DNA of 64,000 bases, taken from positions 232,182 to 296,181 of the forward strand of contig CAWJLN010000009.1 of NCBI GenBank assembly GCA_963843735.1, in the 5' to 3' direction. Source of the DNA: an uncultured Gammaproteobacteria bacterium (GTDB lineage Bacteria > Pseudomonadota > Gammaproteobacteria > JAKDMP01). Of the stretch, positions 47,785 through 57,638 are shown piece after piece (position 1 is the first letter of the stretch; each line of letters starts with the position of its first letter). The notes beneath the pieces are model-generated. The model saw nothing but the letters and a program-made list of their open reading frames with translations. It ran no database searches and was not told the DNA's origin. Made by a program: the position numbers and the translations under genes.

Positions 47785-49947
47785 AAACACGGCGAACGAT
47801 AAGCGCCCTCTCTCCGGCGCCGAAGAGAGGGCGTTTCTTTGTGCGGTAGCCTCCCGGTTCCTTGTCGCTGCTCAAAGAAGCGGTCTGGAGACGCAATCCC
47901 ATTTCTACAGTCAGATCGTCAGGGATACGGAAGAGATCCGTCGCACGCAAAGCGTTGCGGTGCATCAATACGAAGACGCGCTCCGAAATAGCCCGGACCA
48001 GCCCCGCCTTTTCCTGGATACGATGCGGCGGTTCCGTCGGGTTCCGTTTCCCGAGCCATTGAACGAGAACCCAACGCCGAAAGCGAAGCAGAGGTCCTCC
48101 GTAAACTGCCGGCACCAATGTCTCTCTCCCGAAGTAGAACGTCATTTCAGAGGGAACCAGCTTGAGCAGGCCGCGATCCGATGCCCGCTTCAGACTCTCC
48201 AGCACGCGCTGTTCCTGCTTGAACCCGTAATAAAGCTGTACGCGGTAAATTCCGTAGCCCAAGGGCGTAATGTCGATCCTCTTGGCCGACATGACCATCG
48301 GCTCATCGGTTGTAAACACCGAAAGGAGCAAGACCTGCTGATGCAGAACTTGATTGTGCCTTAAATGATAGTTGAACATCGGCGGCACGCCCAGCCCGGG
48401 CGAGGTCAGAAAAACTCCCGTGCCCGGATACCCGGTGCGGCATATCGCTGCCCAGTTCGATCCAGGAATACCGGCAGGGGCTCGGTGCGCGCTTGCAGGG
48501 CCTTGATCAGGCGCGCCCGATTCTTTGTCCAGATCCGCATGATCGCAAAAGCCGCCAGTGCAACGGCCAGCGGCACCCATCCGCCCTGGCCGATCTTGAG
48601 CATATTGGCCGCCCAGAACGGAATATCAATCACCAGAAACACCGTTGTGAGCAACGCTGCCGGCAACAGTCTCCATTGCCATACGTGGCGCATCACCCCG
48701 AACATGAGCATGGTAGTGATAAGCATGGTCGTACTGATGGCGATGCCGTAGGCGCCGCCAAGCGCACTCGAACTTCTGAAACTCAACACCAGGATGATCG
48801 TGGCGATCATCAGCAGGGTGTTCACGAACGGGACGTAGACCTGACCACGCTCCGTACGCGAGGTACGCACAACCTTCATCCGCGGACTCATGTTCAGTGC
48901 GATCGATTGGGAGATCAGCGAAAACGAACCAGAGATCGCCGCCTGCGATGCAATTACGGTGGCGATCGTCGCCAGCGCGACCATCGGATAGAGCATGCCG
49001 TGCGGGACGAGTCCGAATACGGTGCTCGGTGCGGAAGCGGGGTTCCTGAGAATCATTCCACCCTGGCCGAGGTAATTCAGGAGCAGCGCCGGAAACGCGA
49101 CCAGGAACCACCCGAAGCGTACGGGATTGGCGCCGAAGTGGCCGATGTCGGCATACAGCACCTCACCGCCAGTGACGACCAGAAACACGGCTCCGAGCGC
49201 GAAGAAACCTTCCATCCTGTGGTGCGCGAGGAAAGCAACCGCGTATGCAGGGTTGAAGGCAGCGAGGATAAGCGGCGACTGCACGACGGAAATCGCACCG
49301 GACACCGCCAGCACCGCGAACCAGATGCAAATCAGCGGACTGAAGATTATGGAGACGCCTTTCGTGCCGCGCCGCTGAAACCAGAAAAGCAGGAACAGGA
49401 TGATGCAGGTGATCGGAAGAATCAGCGGGTGAAAGCTTGGCGTGATCTGGCCCAGACCTTCGACCGCCGAAAGTACCGAGATAGCCGGCGTAATCATGCC
49501 ATCCCCATAGATCAGGCAGGCGCCGAAAGTGCCCAGTATCAGCACCCAGACGCCGACCCGCACCCTTTGTCTGCGTTTGGCGGCACCGACCGGACGACGC
49601 TGCAGGCCCGGACGGGCGCCGCGCCCGCGCAGAAGCGCCATGAGCGCAAGGACTCCGCCCTCGCCGCGGTTGTCTGCGCGCAGCACGAAGGTTTGGTACT
49701 TGAAGCAGATGACCAGGATCAACGACCAGATCACCAGCGAGAGTACGCCCAGCACCTCCGAAGGTGTCGGTGGATGTCCCAGGGGCGCCAGGGAAAGCGA
49801 TACTGCATACAGCGGACTCGTCCCGATGTCGCCGAAGACCACGCCCAGCGTCAGAAAGGAGAGATAGGCCAGCCGCCTCCGCTCCGCAACGCGCAGATTT
49901 TCTGCACCGAAGCCACGGCGTCTCTTGAAGGGATTTGGAAACCGCAT
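47750..49947 (-). pseudogene. kup: KUP/HAK/KT potassium transporter, frameshifted
   Basis: Membrane part (ATG 49947, VVFGDIGTSPLY) ends at TGA 48406. The cytoplasmic domain (YPGTGVFLTSPGLGVPPMFNYHLRHNQVLHQQVLLLSV...RIPDDLTVEMGLRLQ) continues in another frame to 47750. One extra G in the G3 run (C3 48431-48433) restores ...APGYPGTGVFLT. The tail reads through the 47.8-kb terminator hairpin. Confidence 0.75.
47803..47840 (+). terminator. rho-independent terminator
   Basis: GCGCCCTCTCT-ccggcgccga-AGAGAGGGCG followed by TTTCTTT. Confidence 0.65.
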
Positions 49948-50193
49948 GTATCGCCTGCTCTTCGCACGAAGTAGTTCAGCCGTTGGATAACCTTGAGGCG
50001 CAGCTGCAAAACCACAGATCTGCACCGTCCGGCCGTTGATCTTCCTTCGTCCGGTTGTGCCAGTTGGGAGCAGAGATTAGAGGCAGCTTGCGTAAAATTG
50101 CTATGTGGAAACAGGACCCGGGCGTAAATTTTCCGTAAAGACCCGAGCCGACGCGTCACGGTAGCGGAATCGCAACGACGAACCTTGAAAAGG

Positions 50194-50901
50194 TTATGGC
50201 TTAAGTGTCAGGCCGCCAAGCAACCGGTAACCGACTCCGGGCTCGTTGGCGATAAAGCGGGGATTGACCGGATCGTCTCCCAGCTTCTGCCGGAGTTGGC
50301 GAACGTAGATCCGAAGATAATGGGTATCTTCAAGGTGTGCTGGACCCCAGACTTCGCGCAATAGCGTCTTGTGCGTCAGGACCTTGCCGACATGGCGCAC
50401 AAGCAGTGCGAGCAGTGCGAATTCCCTGGGCGTGAGCTTTACGATTTCTCCATCGACGACGACCCTATGCTGCTCCGGATCGACGACCAGGCCACCAATC
50501 TCAATCGGGCCCGTGGTCCACGGCGCCTCACCTCCCGAACGCAGAGCCGCACGGATTCGGGCCAGCAGCTCTCCGACCGCGAACGGCTTCGCGACGAAGT
50601 CATTCGCCCCTGCGTCAAGCGCTTTTATTTTTTCGGTTTCGCTGCCGCGCACCGAGAGAACGATAATGGGAACCTGGCTTCGCGCCCGTATCGCCAGAAT
50701 CACGTCTTGACCGTCCGCGTCCGGCAGTCCCAGGTCGAGGAGTACCAGATCCAGACTGTCTCTCTCCAGAGACTGAAGCGCAGCCGCCGCGCTCGCCGCC
50801 TCGATGACATGATGACCCGCGGCCGTCAGACTGATGCGCAGAAACTTGCGGATCGGAGCCTCGTCGTCAACGATCAGAATCTTCGCATGATCGATACTCA
50901 T
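50194..50901 (-). CDS. kdpE: OmpR-family response regulator KdpE
   Basis: ATG 50901 (MSIDHAKILIVDDE...), receiver + winged-helix (...GVGYRL); canonical ATGA overlap with the shifted-frame kdpD stop. Confidence 0.85.
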   Translation of the reverse strand: MSIDHAKILIVDDEAPIRKFLRISLTAAGHHVIEAASAAAALQSLERDSLDLVLLDLGLPDADGQDVILAIRARSQVPIIVLSVRGSETEKIKALDAGANDFVAKPFAVGELLARIRAALRSGGEAPWTTGPIEIGGLVVDPEQHRVVVDGEIVKLTPREFALLALLVRHVGKVLTHKTLLREVWGPAHLEDTHYLRIYVRQLRQKLGDDPVNPRFIANEPGVGYRLLGGLTLKP

Positions 50902-52938
50902 CTCCGTGCCGTCTCCGGTCTCGGCGGCTGAGGGAATTCCATCTCGAACCGCGCACCGCGTCCGCCCGCGCCGCTTCCCAAAGTAATACTGCCGTCCAAT
51001 ACCTTGACCAGATACCCGACAGATGGCCAACCCGAGTCCCGTTCCGGCGATTTGACGGTCGCCCTTGTCCACCCGGTAAAACATGTCGAAAACCCGTTCC
51101 CGCTCCGCTGGCGGAACCCCCGGACCCTTGTCCTCGACCGCCATGCGCAAACGGTGCGGGGTCTGCATAGTCGCGGCGATAAGAAGCGTTGATCCCGGCG
51201 GTGCGTATTTCGCGGCGTTGTCCAAAAGGTTCACCAGTATCTGTTCCATGAGGACCGCATCGGTGTGGATCATGCAGTCCTCGGGCGCACGCAGGTCGAT
51301 GACTAACCCCGCGAGCGCGGTGCGCAGCCTCCGCGAGGCTTCGCCGACGATGTCGTGCAAGTCGTGCCATCCGAAATTCGGCGTGATCGCGCCGTAGCCG
51401 AGCCGCGTCATGTCGAGCAGGTTCTGCACAAAGCGGTTGAGCCGCTCGGCCTCGCCGAGGAGCCCCTTGAGCAGTTCGCGCGACGCTTTTTCGTCGAGAC
51501 GCGGTCCCATTTCAAGCAGGGAACTGGCAGCACCGATGATAGAAACCAGCGGCGTGCGCAGGTCGTGTGAAACGGATGAGAGCAGCGCCGCGCGCAACCG
51601 CTCGGTTTCCGCCGTCAGTTTCGTTTGCGCGATCTCGGCCGACAGACGTTCCTTTTCGAGCGCGACGGACGCCTGATCACGCAGCGCGCAGGCGACTCTG
51701 CGATTCATCCCTGACAGGCGTTTCCCGGCATCGCCCACTCCCAGTCCGATGACTCCCAGACTGCGGCCGCCACTGCGCATGGGCATGAAATACCAATCGC
51801 TGTCAGGCGACGCCTTCGTTCCGCATCCAGCAGACTCGACATGCTCAAACGCCCACATCGCAGCCGCACGATCCTCCGCCGTCAGGGCAAAGCCCGCGCT
51901 GCTCTCGTTGCCATTTTCCAGCATTCCTCCGGATTCCAAAAGGATGACGGCATCCGTCTTCAGGGCGTCTTTAAGGTATTCCGGAAGTTTGCGAACGATG
52001 TCGCCCTGACCGGCAGACGCATTAAGTCGCTTACTGAACTCGTATAGAAGGGAATTGACACGGCCGTTGTCGCGAATAAGCTGCATCTGTCGGCGAAGGC
52101 GTCCTCCGAGCTGCCCTACCAATAAAGCGACGAGAAGAAAAAAAGTAATCGTGAAAACATCTTCCCGGCTCGCCACGCGAAACGTATAAAGCGGTTCGGT
52201 AAAAAGGAAATTGAAGGTCAGGAAACTCAGGATAGCCGTGGCCAAAGCCGCTCCGCGCCCGTAGCGCACAGCAACGACCAGCACTCCCAGCAAGAAGACG
52301 AGGCTCAAATTGGGTGTGCTTAGCGAATGAGCCAGCAACCAGCTGAGTCCCGTGGCTACCGCAGTCGCCAGTATCCCGAAAAAATAGCCCTCCAGTACCG
52401 GCTGTTGCCAATGCCAATCGACTGCCGTCTTATCGCGGCCTTCAGGCGTGGACGTCACCACCGTGATCGCAAGGCTCAGACTTCCGGCCCGTCGCAAAAG
52501 AGCCACGGCTAGAGACGGACGAAGCATGAGCCATCGCCAGGAGCGCCGCGAACGCCCAAGGACTATCTGTGTGACGCCGTGACTCTCAGCGTAGGCAAGG
52601 ATCTCGGCAACGAGATCATGCCCGGTGAGAGAAACGACCTCGGCGCCAAGCTGCTCGGCCAGTTGCAGCGCAGCCTGAAGCCATTTTTGTCCTGCAATGC
52701 CCTCGATTCCCAGTGCAGCGACATGCGCGACGGTCCAGCTTCCATCGCTCCGGCCAGCCATGCGTCTGCCGAGTCTTATGAGACCTTCTGCGCCTGCGCC
52801 ACCGACAAGAACCATCAATTGATCCCGTTGTGCGAGATGACCATTGCTGCTGCCCGAGCTTGTCGACTCGACAGAAACGTCTATGCATGCCGACTTCGAC
52901 GGCGCTTCCGGAGAAGGACGCCCAACATCGCCACCCAT
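50898..52938 (-). pseudogene. kdpD: sensor kinase KdpD, 5'-truncated and frameshifted near the 3' end
   Basis: Begins inside the Usp-like region (no N-terminal KdpD/P-loop domain). TM block, SHDLRTPL (HisKA), NLLDNAAKYAPPGS...GTGLGLAICR (HATPase). After AICR the track frame is nonsense and runs into kdpE (914-aa ORF), whereas a shifted frame gives GYLVKVLDGSITLGSGAGGRGARFEMEFPQP...ARR-TGA at 50898-50900. Shift near the C3 run 51015-51017. Confidence 0.7.
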
Positions 52939-53039
52939 GCTGCAACCGGGCGATCGGGAGGGCTTCTAGGATAACGGAGTGGCTGCCGGCTTGGCGTCTT
53001 CAACGTGTGCCGGCCGGGGCAAGAAGCGCTTCCAATCCA

Positions 53040-53290
53040 ACCGGCTGTGGAGCAAACTCCTCATCCTGGGAACGGAATTCGACGACGAGTCAGCCCCGAC
53101 GCAGTCCGAGCGCGCGGCCTGGCAGCAACTTTCGGCCCAGACCGATGCCCAGTTGCAGGCCCTCGACCATGTCATCTCGCGGGACATTGCGGAGCTTAAT
53201 GCCCTGATCAAACAGTCCAACCTGCCCCGGTCGCCCCCGCACCCGCCATCGGCTGCTGACAAACCGGCCGCCCAGCCAAACCCTAGCAAG
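53040..53290 (+). pseudogene. 3'-terminal remnant of a second BNR/sortilin-like gene
   Basis: FDDESAPTQSERAAWQQLSAQTDAQLQALDHVISRDIAELNALIKQSNLP parallels the C-terminal piece at 47.65-47.78 kb (about 70% nt identity by eye); no 5' part; abuts truncated kdpD. Confidence 0.45.
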
Positions 53291-53322
53291 ACGCCCGCTC
53301 TTCCTATGGGAGCGGGCGTTTA
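53291..53322 (+). terminator. probable rho-independent terminator
   Basis: ACGCCCGCTC-ttcctatgg-GAGCGGGCGT followed by TTACT (weak T tract). Confidence 0.45.
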
Positions 53323-53559
53323 CTACTACCGCAAATATCAAATTTTCGAATATCCGGGGGCGTTCTGTGCTTTGTAATGGCTGGAGTTATCCCGCCTCCT
53401 GTGGAAGTTGAATCAATATCCATGACGCATCATCCACAGCCCCCTTGATTTTTTGTCATTTCTTTGTCGCAAGAAGGTTAATCGTTGATAGCTCGCTGTC
53501 ATGCAACTCCTCTTCGTTAGGGAGTCTAGAGTGCTGCATTAGAACCTAGAGCCACCCAG

Positions 53560-55821
53560 TTAAATTACTTTGCATTCAATCCGTGCCGGTTGGATTAGCT
53601 CAGACCTTTGTTCATTAATCAATTCAATAAGATTTCCTATGGAGCCACTTACTGTCACCCGAGGTCGACGGGATTCCACGTCGAGGGCGATGCGTACGCG
53701 GCGGGCGGCGGGGAGTTCGAGCACTTTCGGGTAGCGGCGCGTGAGTGCTTCCTGCAACACTGTACGTTCTCTCGCTTCGAGCAATAACTGGTAGCGGTAG
53801 CGTCCGGCGCGGCGTAGCATCGGTGCGGGCGCGGGGCCGAGTACGTGCAGTCCGCGTGCGCCTTTGAATAGTTTGGCCGCTTCGGCAAGAAAATCGCGCG
53901 GCGGCGTTTCTTGTGTCGCCTCGGCACGGATGAGCGCAAGTGCGCCGTAGGGCGGCAGGCCCGCCGCCTCGCGTTCGGCGAGTGCGCGTTTGGCAAAGCC
54001 CGCGTAGCCGTGCTGCAACAACTCGATGAGCAGCGGATGATCGGGATGGCGCGTCTGGATCAGCACTTCGCCCGGACGCGCGCCGCGCCCGGCGCGTCCC
54101 GCGACCTGCGTGATGAGTTGCGCCATGCGTTCGGGCGCGCGGAAGTCCACGCCGTAGAGCCCCTGGTCCGCATCCACGATCGCGGCGAGCGTCAACGCCT
54201 GGAAGTCGTGGCCCTTGGCAAGCATCTGGGTGCCGACGAGAATGCGCGCAGCGCCGCTTGCAGCATCGCGCATCAACTCGGCGAGCCGACCGCGGCGACG
54301 CGTCGCGTCGCGGTCCACACGCACAATCGCCACATCGGGGAAACGTTCGGCAAGCACGAGTTCCAGGCGCTCGGTGCCCTTGCCGAGCGCAACGAGTTCG
54401 GCCGCACCGCATTCGGGACAGACATCGGGCAACGGGCGCTCCGCACCGCAGTGGTGGCAGAGCAGGCGATCGCGCTCGCGGTGCCAGGTAAGCCGCGCGC
54501 TGCACCGTTTGCAGGAAAGCGGTTCGCCGCAGGCGTTGCAGAGCACGACCGGCGCGAAGCCGCGGCGGTTGAGAAACACGAGCACCTGATCGCCGGCGGC
54601 GAGGTGGCGCCCGATGGCGTCGAGCAGCGCGTTGGAAAGTCCCGCCTCCATGCGCTGCCCGCGCACGTCCACTCTTTTTACTGTGGGCGGATTCGCGTTG
54701 CCCGCGCGCTCGGAAAGTACAAGTCGTTTGTAGCGTCCGGCGTTCACGTTCGCGAGCGATTCGAGCGAGGGCGTCGCCGAGCCGAGGATCACCGGAATGC
54801 CGAGTGCGCGCGCACGGTACACGGCGAGATCGCGCGCGTGATAGCGGAAGCCGTCCTGCTGCTTGAGCGAGCCGTCGTGTTCTTCGTCCACCACGATCAG
54901 GCCCGGCTCGGCGAGCGGCAGAAACAGCGCCGAGCGCGTGCCGATTATTACCGGCGCCGTGCCCGCGCGCGCTTCGAGCCATACCCGCAGCCGTTCGCCC
55001 TGGGCGAGCCCCGAGTGATAGACGGCGACGGCGATGCCGAGCGCGGCCTCAAAGCGCGTGATGAGCTGCGGCGTGAGCGCGATCTCGGGCACCATCACCA
55101 AGGCCTGGCGGCCGCGCGCCAGCACTTCGCGGATGACTTCGAGATAGACCTCCGTCTTGCCGCTGCCGGTGACGCCTTCGAGCAGAAACGGCGCATAGTC
55201 TGTCAGCGCTTCGACAACGCTTGCGGCCGCCGCATGTTGCTCGGGATTGAGTGTGAACGCCGCGGGCCGGGCCGTGGTCTCGCGCGCGGGTGCAGGCTCC
55301 GCCACGCCTTGCGCGGCGAGGCGACGGACACGGGCGCGATCCGCAGGCGACAGAGATTCCAACGCAAGCCCGGTTTCGCCCGCTTCGCGCAGACTTTCAA
55401 CGAGCGCCGCCTGGCCTTCGGTGCGCGACTTGAATTCGACGTCTGCCGCAAGCCGGTAACGCACAGGCGTCGGCAAGCGCGCGGGTTTGCCCTGGCGCAG
55501 CGGCGTCGGCAGCACGGCGGCGAGCGCTTCGCCCGGCGGGTAGTGGTAGTAGCGCGCGGCAAAGGCGACGAGTTCGAGGAGTTCCGCCGGGACCAGCGGT
55601 TCGCCGTCGAGCACTTCGGCGACGCGGCGCAGGCGCGCATCGGAGAGTCGAGAACCTTTGGCATGACCGATCACCACACCGATGATCTTGCGCTGCCCGA
55701 GGGGCACCCGCACCCGCACGCCGACCGGTACCGCTGACGCCTCGACACCGGCGGGCGGCAGATAATCGAGCGCCGCGGCGAAGGGCGCCGGGACGGCTAC
55801 CTTGATGACGGCTTCAGTCAT
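53560..55821 (-). CDS. priA: primosomal replication protein N' (PriA helicase)
   Basis: 753 aa; GVTGSGKTEVY, DEEHD, Cys-rich Zn region CNACGEPLSCKRCSARLTWH...CHHCG...CPECG. The last ~40 codons are AT-rich and look like a non-native tail. Confidence 0.9.
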   Translation of the reverse strand: MTEAVIKVAVPAPFAAALDYLPPAGVEASAVPVGVRVRVPLGQRKIIGVVIGHAKGSRLSDARLRRVAEVLDGEPLVPAELLELVAFAARYYHYPPGEALAAVLPTPLRQGKPARLPTPVRYRLAADVEFKSRTEGQAALVESLREAGETGLALESLSPADRARVRRLAAQGVAEPAPARETTARPAAFTLNPEQHAAAASVVEALTDYAPFLLEGVTGSGKTEVYLEVIREVLARGRQALVMVPEIALTPQLITRFEAALGIAVAVYHSGLAQGERLRVWLEARAGTAPVIIGTRSALFLPLAEPGLIVVDEEHDGSLKQQDGFRYHARDLAVYRARALGIPVILGSATPSLESLANVNAGRYKRLVLSERAGNANPPTVKRVDVRGQRMEAGLSNALLDAIGRHLAAGDQVLVFLNRRGFAPVVLCNACGEPLSCKRCSARLTWHRERDRLLCHHCGAERPLPDVCPECGAAELVALGKGTERLELVLAERFPDVAIVRVDRDATRRRGRLAELMRDAASGAARILVGTQMLAKGHDFQALTLAAIVDADQGLYGVDFRAPERMAQLITQVAGRAGRGARPGEVLIQTRHPDHPLLIELLQHGYAGFAKRALAEREAAGLPPYGALALIRAEATQETPPRDFLAEAAKLFKGARGLHVLGPAPAPMLRRAGRYRYQLLLEARERTVLQEALTRRYPKVLELPAARRVRIALDVESRRPRVTVSGSIGNLIELINEQRSELIQPARIECKVI

Positions 55822-55851
55822 GCTCGACGGTCAACGAAGAGGCGACCATTA

Positions 55852-55960
55852 TGTAGGAGCGCCGCCAAGCGGCGAGAATTGTTTTTCACCCCCACCCTTG
55901 CCCTCTCCCGTCAAGGGAGAGGGGATAAGATTTTGAAATCGCGAGCAAACTCGCTTCTAC
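55852..55960. repeat. REP cluster (three hairpin types)
   Basis: TGTAGGAGCGCCGC-caa-GCGGCGAGAA; TTTTCACCCCCACCCTTGCCCTCTCCC-gtcaa-GGGAGAGGGG; AATCGCGAGC-aaa-CTCGCTTCTAC. Confidence 0.6.
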
Positions 55961-55977
55961 GGCTGCTCGAATAGGGC

Positions 55978-57345
55978 TCAGTAGCTTTTTGCGGCCTGGA
56001 TCAGTCTGGCCATCGTCTCCTGCGCGTCGCCGTAGAGCATGCGTGTGTTGTCGCCGAAAAAGAGTGCGTTCTCCACGCCCGAAAAGCCGCGACCCTGTCC
56101 GCGCTTGCAGACGATGACATTCTGGGCGCGATCCGCGTTCAGGATCGGCATGCCGTAGATCGGAGAAGACTTGTCCGCGCGCGCCGCCGGGTTCACGACG
56201 TCGTTCGCGCCGATCACCAGCGCGACGTCGGCGTTGGCGAATTCCTCGTTGATCTCATCGAGATCGTGGATGAGATCGTAGGGCACGCCGGCTTCCGCGA
56301 GCAGCACGTTCATGTGCCCCGGCATGCGCCCGGCGACGGGATGGATCGCGAAGGAAACCTTCACGCCCTTTTCGCGCAGGAGTTTCACGAATTCCCACAG
56401 CTTGTGCTGCGCCTGCGCAACCGCCATGCCGTAGCCGGGCGCGATGATTACGTGTCCGGCATAGGCCATCATCGCCGCCGCGTCGTTCGCCTCGATCGAC
56501 TTGAGTTCGCCTTCGATCGCCTCGCCGGTCGCCGTCTCTCCGAAGCCGGAAAAAAGTACGTTCGCGAGCGAGCGATTCATGCCCTTCGCCATGAGGTAGG
56601 TCAGCAGCGAACCCGCGGCGCCGACGATCATGCCCGCAATGATCATCGCGGGATTGCCGAACACATAGCCCTCGAAGGCGACGGCAAGCCCCGTCATCGC
56701 GTTATAGAGAGAAATCATCACCGGCATGTCCGCGCCGCCGACCGGGGCGGTCACGAGCACGCCGAATGCGACGGCAACAAGGAAGAACACCACGAGCACG
56801 GCGGCGTTGCCGTAAATGATGGCAAGCGCGGCGAAGAGCACCAGGGCGACGAGTGCAATTGCATTCGCCGCGTTCTGCGCGGGAAAGCGCCACGCGCGCA
56901 TCCAGCCCTGAAGTTTGGCGAAGGCGAGCAAACTGCCGGAAAAGGATATTGCGCCGATCAGCGCGCCAACCACGGCGAGCACCACTTCGCTCGTACCATG
57001 CCTGCCGGTGGTGAGCGCGTGAGCGGCGATCGCAGCAGCCGCGCCGCCGCCCATGCCGTTGTAGAGCGCAACCATCTGCGGCATGGCCGTAAGCGGAACC
57101 CGTTTGCCGGCGATCCAGGAAACCGAACCGCCGAGGCCGAGCGCAATGAGAATGAGAATGATATTGGTTGCGCCGCCCACGCCGGGCAGGAAGAAGGTGA
57201 CTACGACTGCGATCGCCATGCCGACGCCCGCGGTAATGAATCCGCGCCGCGCGCGTTTGGGTGAACTCATACCCTTCAAGCCGACGATGAAGAGGATCGC
57301 GGCAATGAAGTACGCCACCTGGATAATCCACATTACAGTACTCAT
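55978..57345 (-). CDS. pntB: NAD(P) transhydrogenase subunit beta
   Basis: ATG 57345 (MSTVMWIIQVAYFIAAILFIVGLK...), 455 aa; C-terminal NADP(H) domain (GYGMAVAQAQH...). The 602-aa track ORF is over-extended. Confidence 0.9.
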   Translation of the reverse strand: MSTVMWIIQVAYFIAAILFIVGLKGMSSPKRARRGFITAGVGMAIAVVVTFFLPGVGGATNIILILIALGLGGSVSWIAGKRVPLTAMPQMVALYNGMGGGAAAAIAAHALTTGRHGTSEVVLAVVGALIGAISFSGSLLAFAKLQGWMRAWRFPAQNAANAIALVALVLFAALAIIYGNAAVLVVFFLVAVAFGVLVTAPVGGADMPVMISLYNAMTGLAVAFEGYVFGNPAMIIAGMIVGAAGSLLTYLMAKGMNRSLANVLFSGFGETATGEAIEGELKSIEANDAAAMMAYAGHVIIAPGYGMAVAQAQHKLWEFVKLLREKGVKVSFAIHPVAGRMPGHMNVLLAEAGVPYDLIHDLDEINEEFANADVALVIGANDVVNPAARADKSSPIYGMPILNADRAQNVIVCKRGQGRGFSGVENALFFGDNTRMLYGDAQETMARLIQAAKSY

Positions 57346-57638
57346 TTGCGCGGCTCTTCCTTGCTGGTTTTGAACATGGCGAGCATGCGTTCGGTCGTGA
57401 CCCAGCCACCGACCGCGTTCGCCACCGCAAGCACCACGGCGATGAAGCCGATGATGCGTCCGAGCGGTCCATGCGCCGTGCCGAGCGCGATGATCGCGCC
57501 GACGAGCACCACGCCGTGAATAAAGTTTGAGCCCGACATCAGCGGCGTGTGCAGAATGCTCGGCACGCGCGAGATGACTTCGTAGCCAACGAAGGCCGCG
57601 AGCATGAAAATATAGAGCGCGATGAAGCCGTAGATCAT
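57342..57638 (-). CDS. pntA: NAD(P) transhydrogenase subunit alpha, part 2 (membrane)
   Basis: 98 aa, three TM; ATGA overlaps on both sides. Confidence 0.85.
   Translation of the reverse strand: MIYGFIALYIFMLAAFVGYEVISRVPSILHTPLMSGSNFIHGVVLVGAIIALGTAHGPLGRIIGFIAVVLAVANAVGGWVTTERMLAMFKTSKEEPRK

Noticed and set aside
50194-52938. 914-aa ORF as a genuine hybrid histidine kinase-response regulator
   Set aside because: After GTGLGLAICR the ORF frame is non-homologous for ~40 aa. A shifted frame gives the canonical HATPase C-terminus and a TGA overlapping the kdpE ATG. A frameshift is the simpler explanation.
53585-53610. tRNA-like string GGATTAGCTCAG in the AT-rich patch
   Set aside because: It resembles only a D-arm. 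No acceptor stem, anticodon arm or T-arm can be built on either strand.
53911-55737. 608-aa plus-strand ORF
   Set aside because: It is antisense to priA, whose helicase and Zn motifs are unambiguous.
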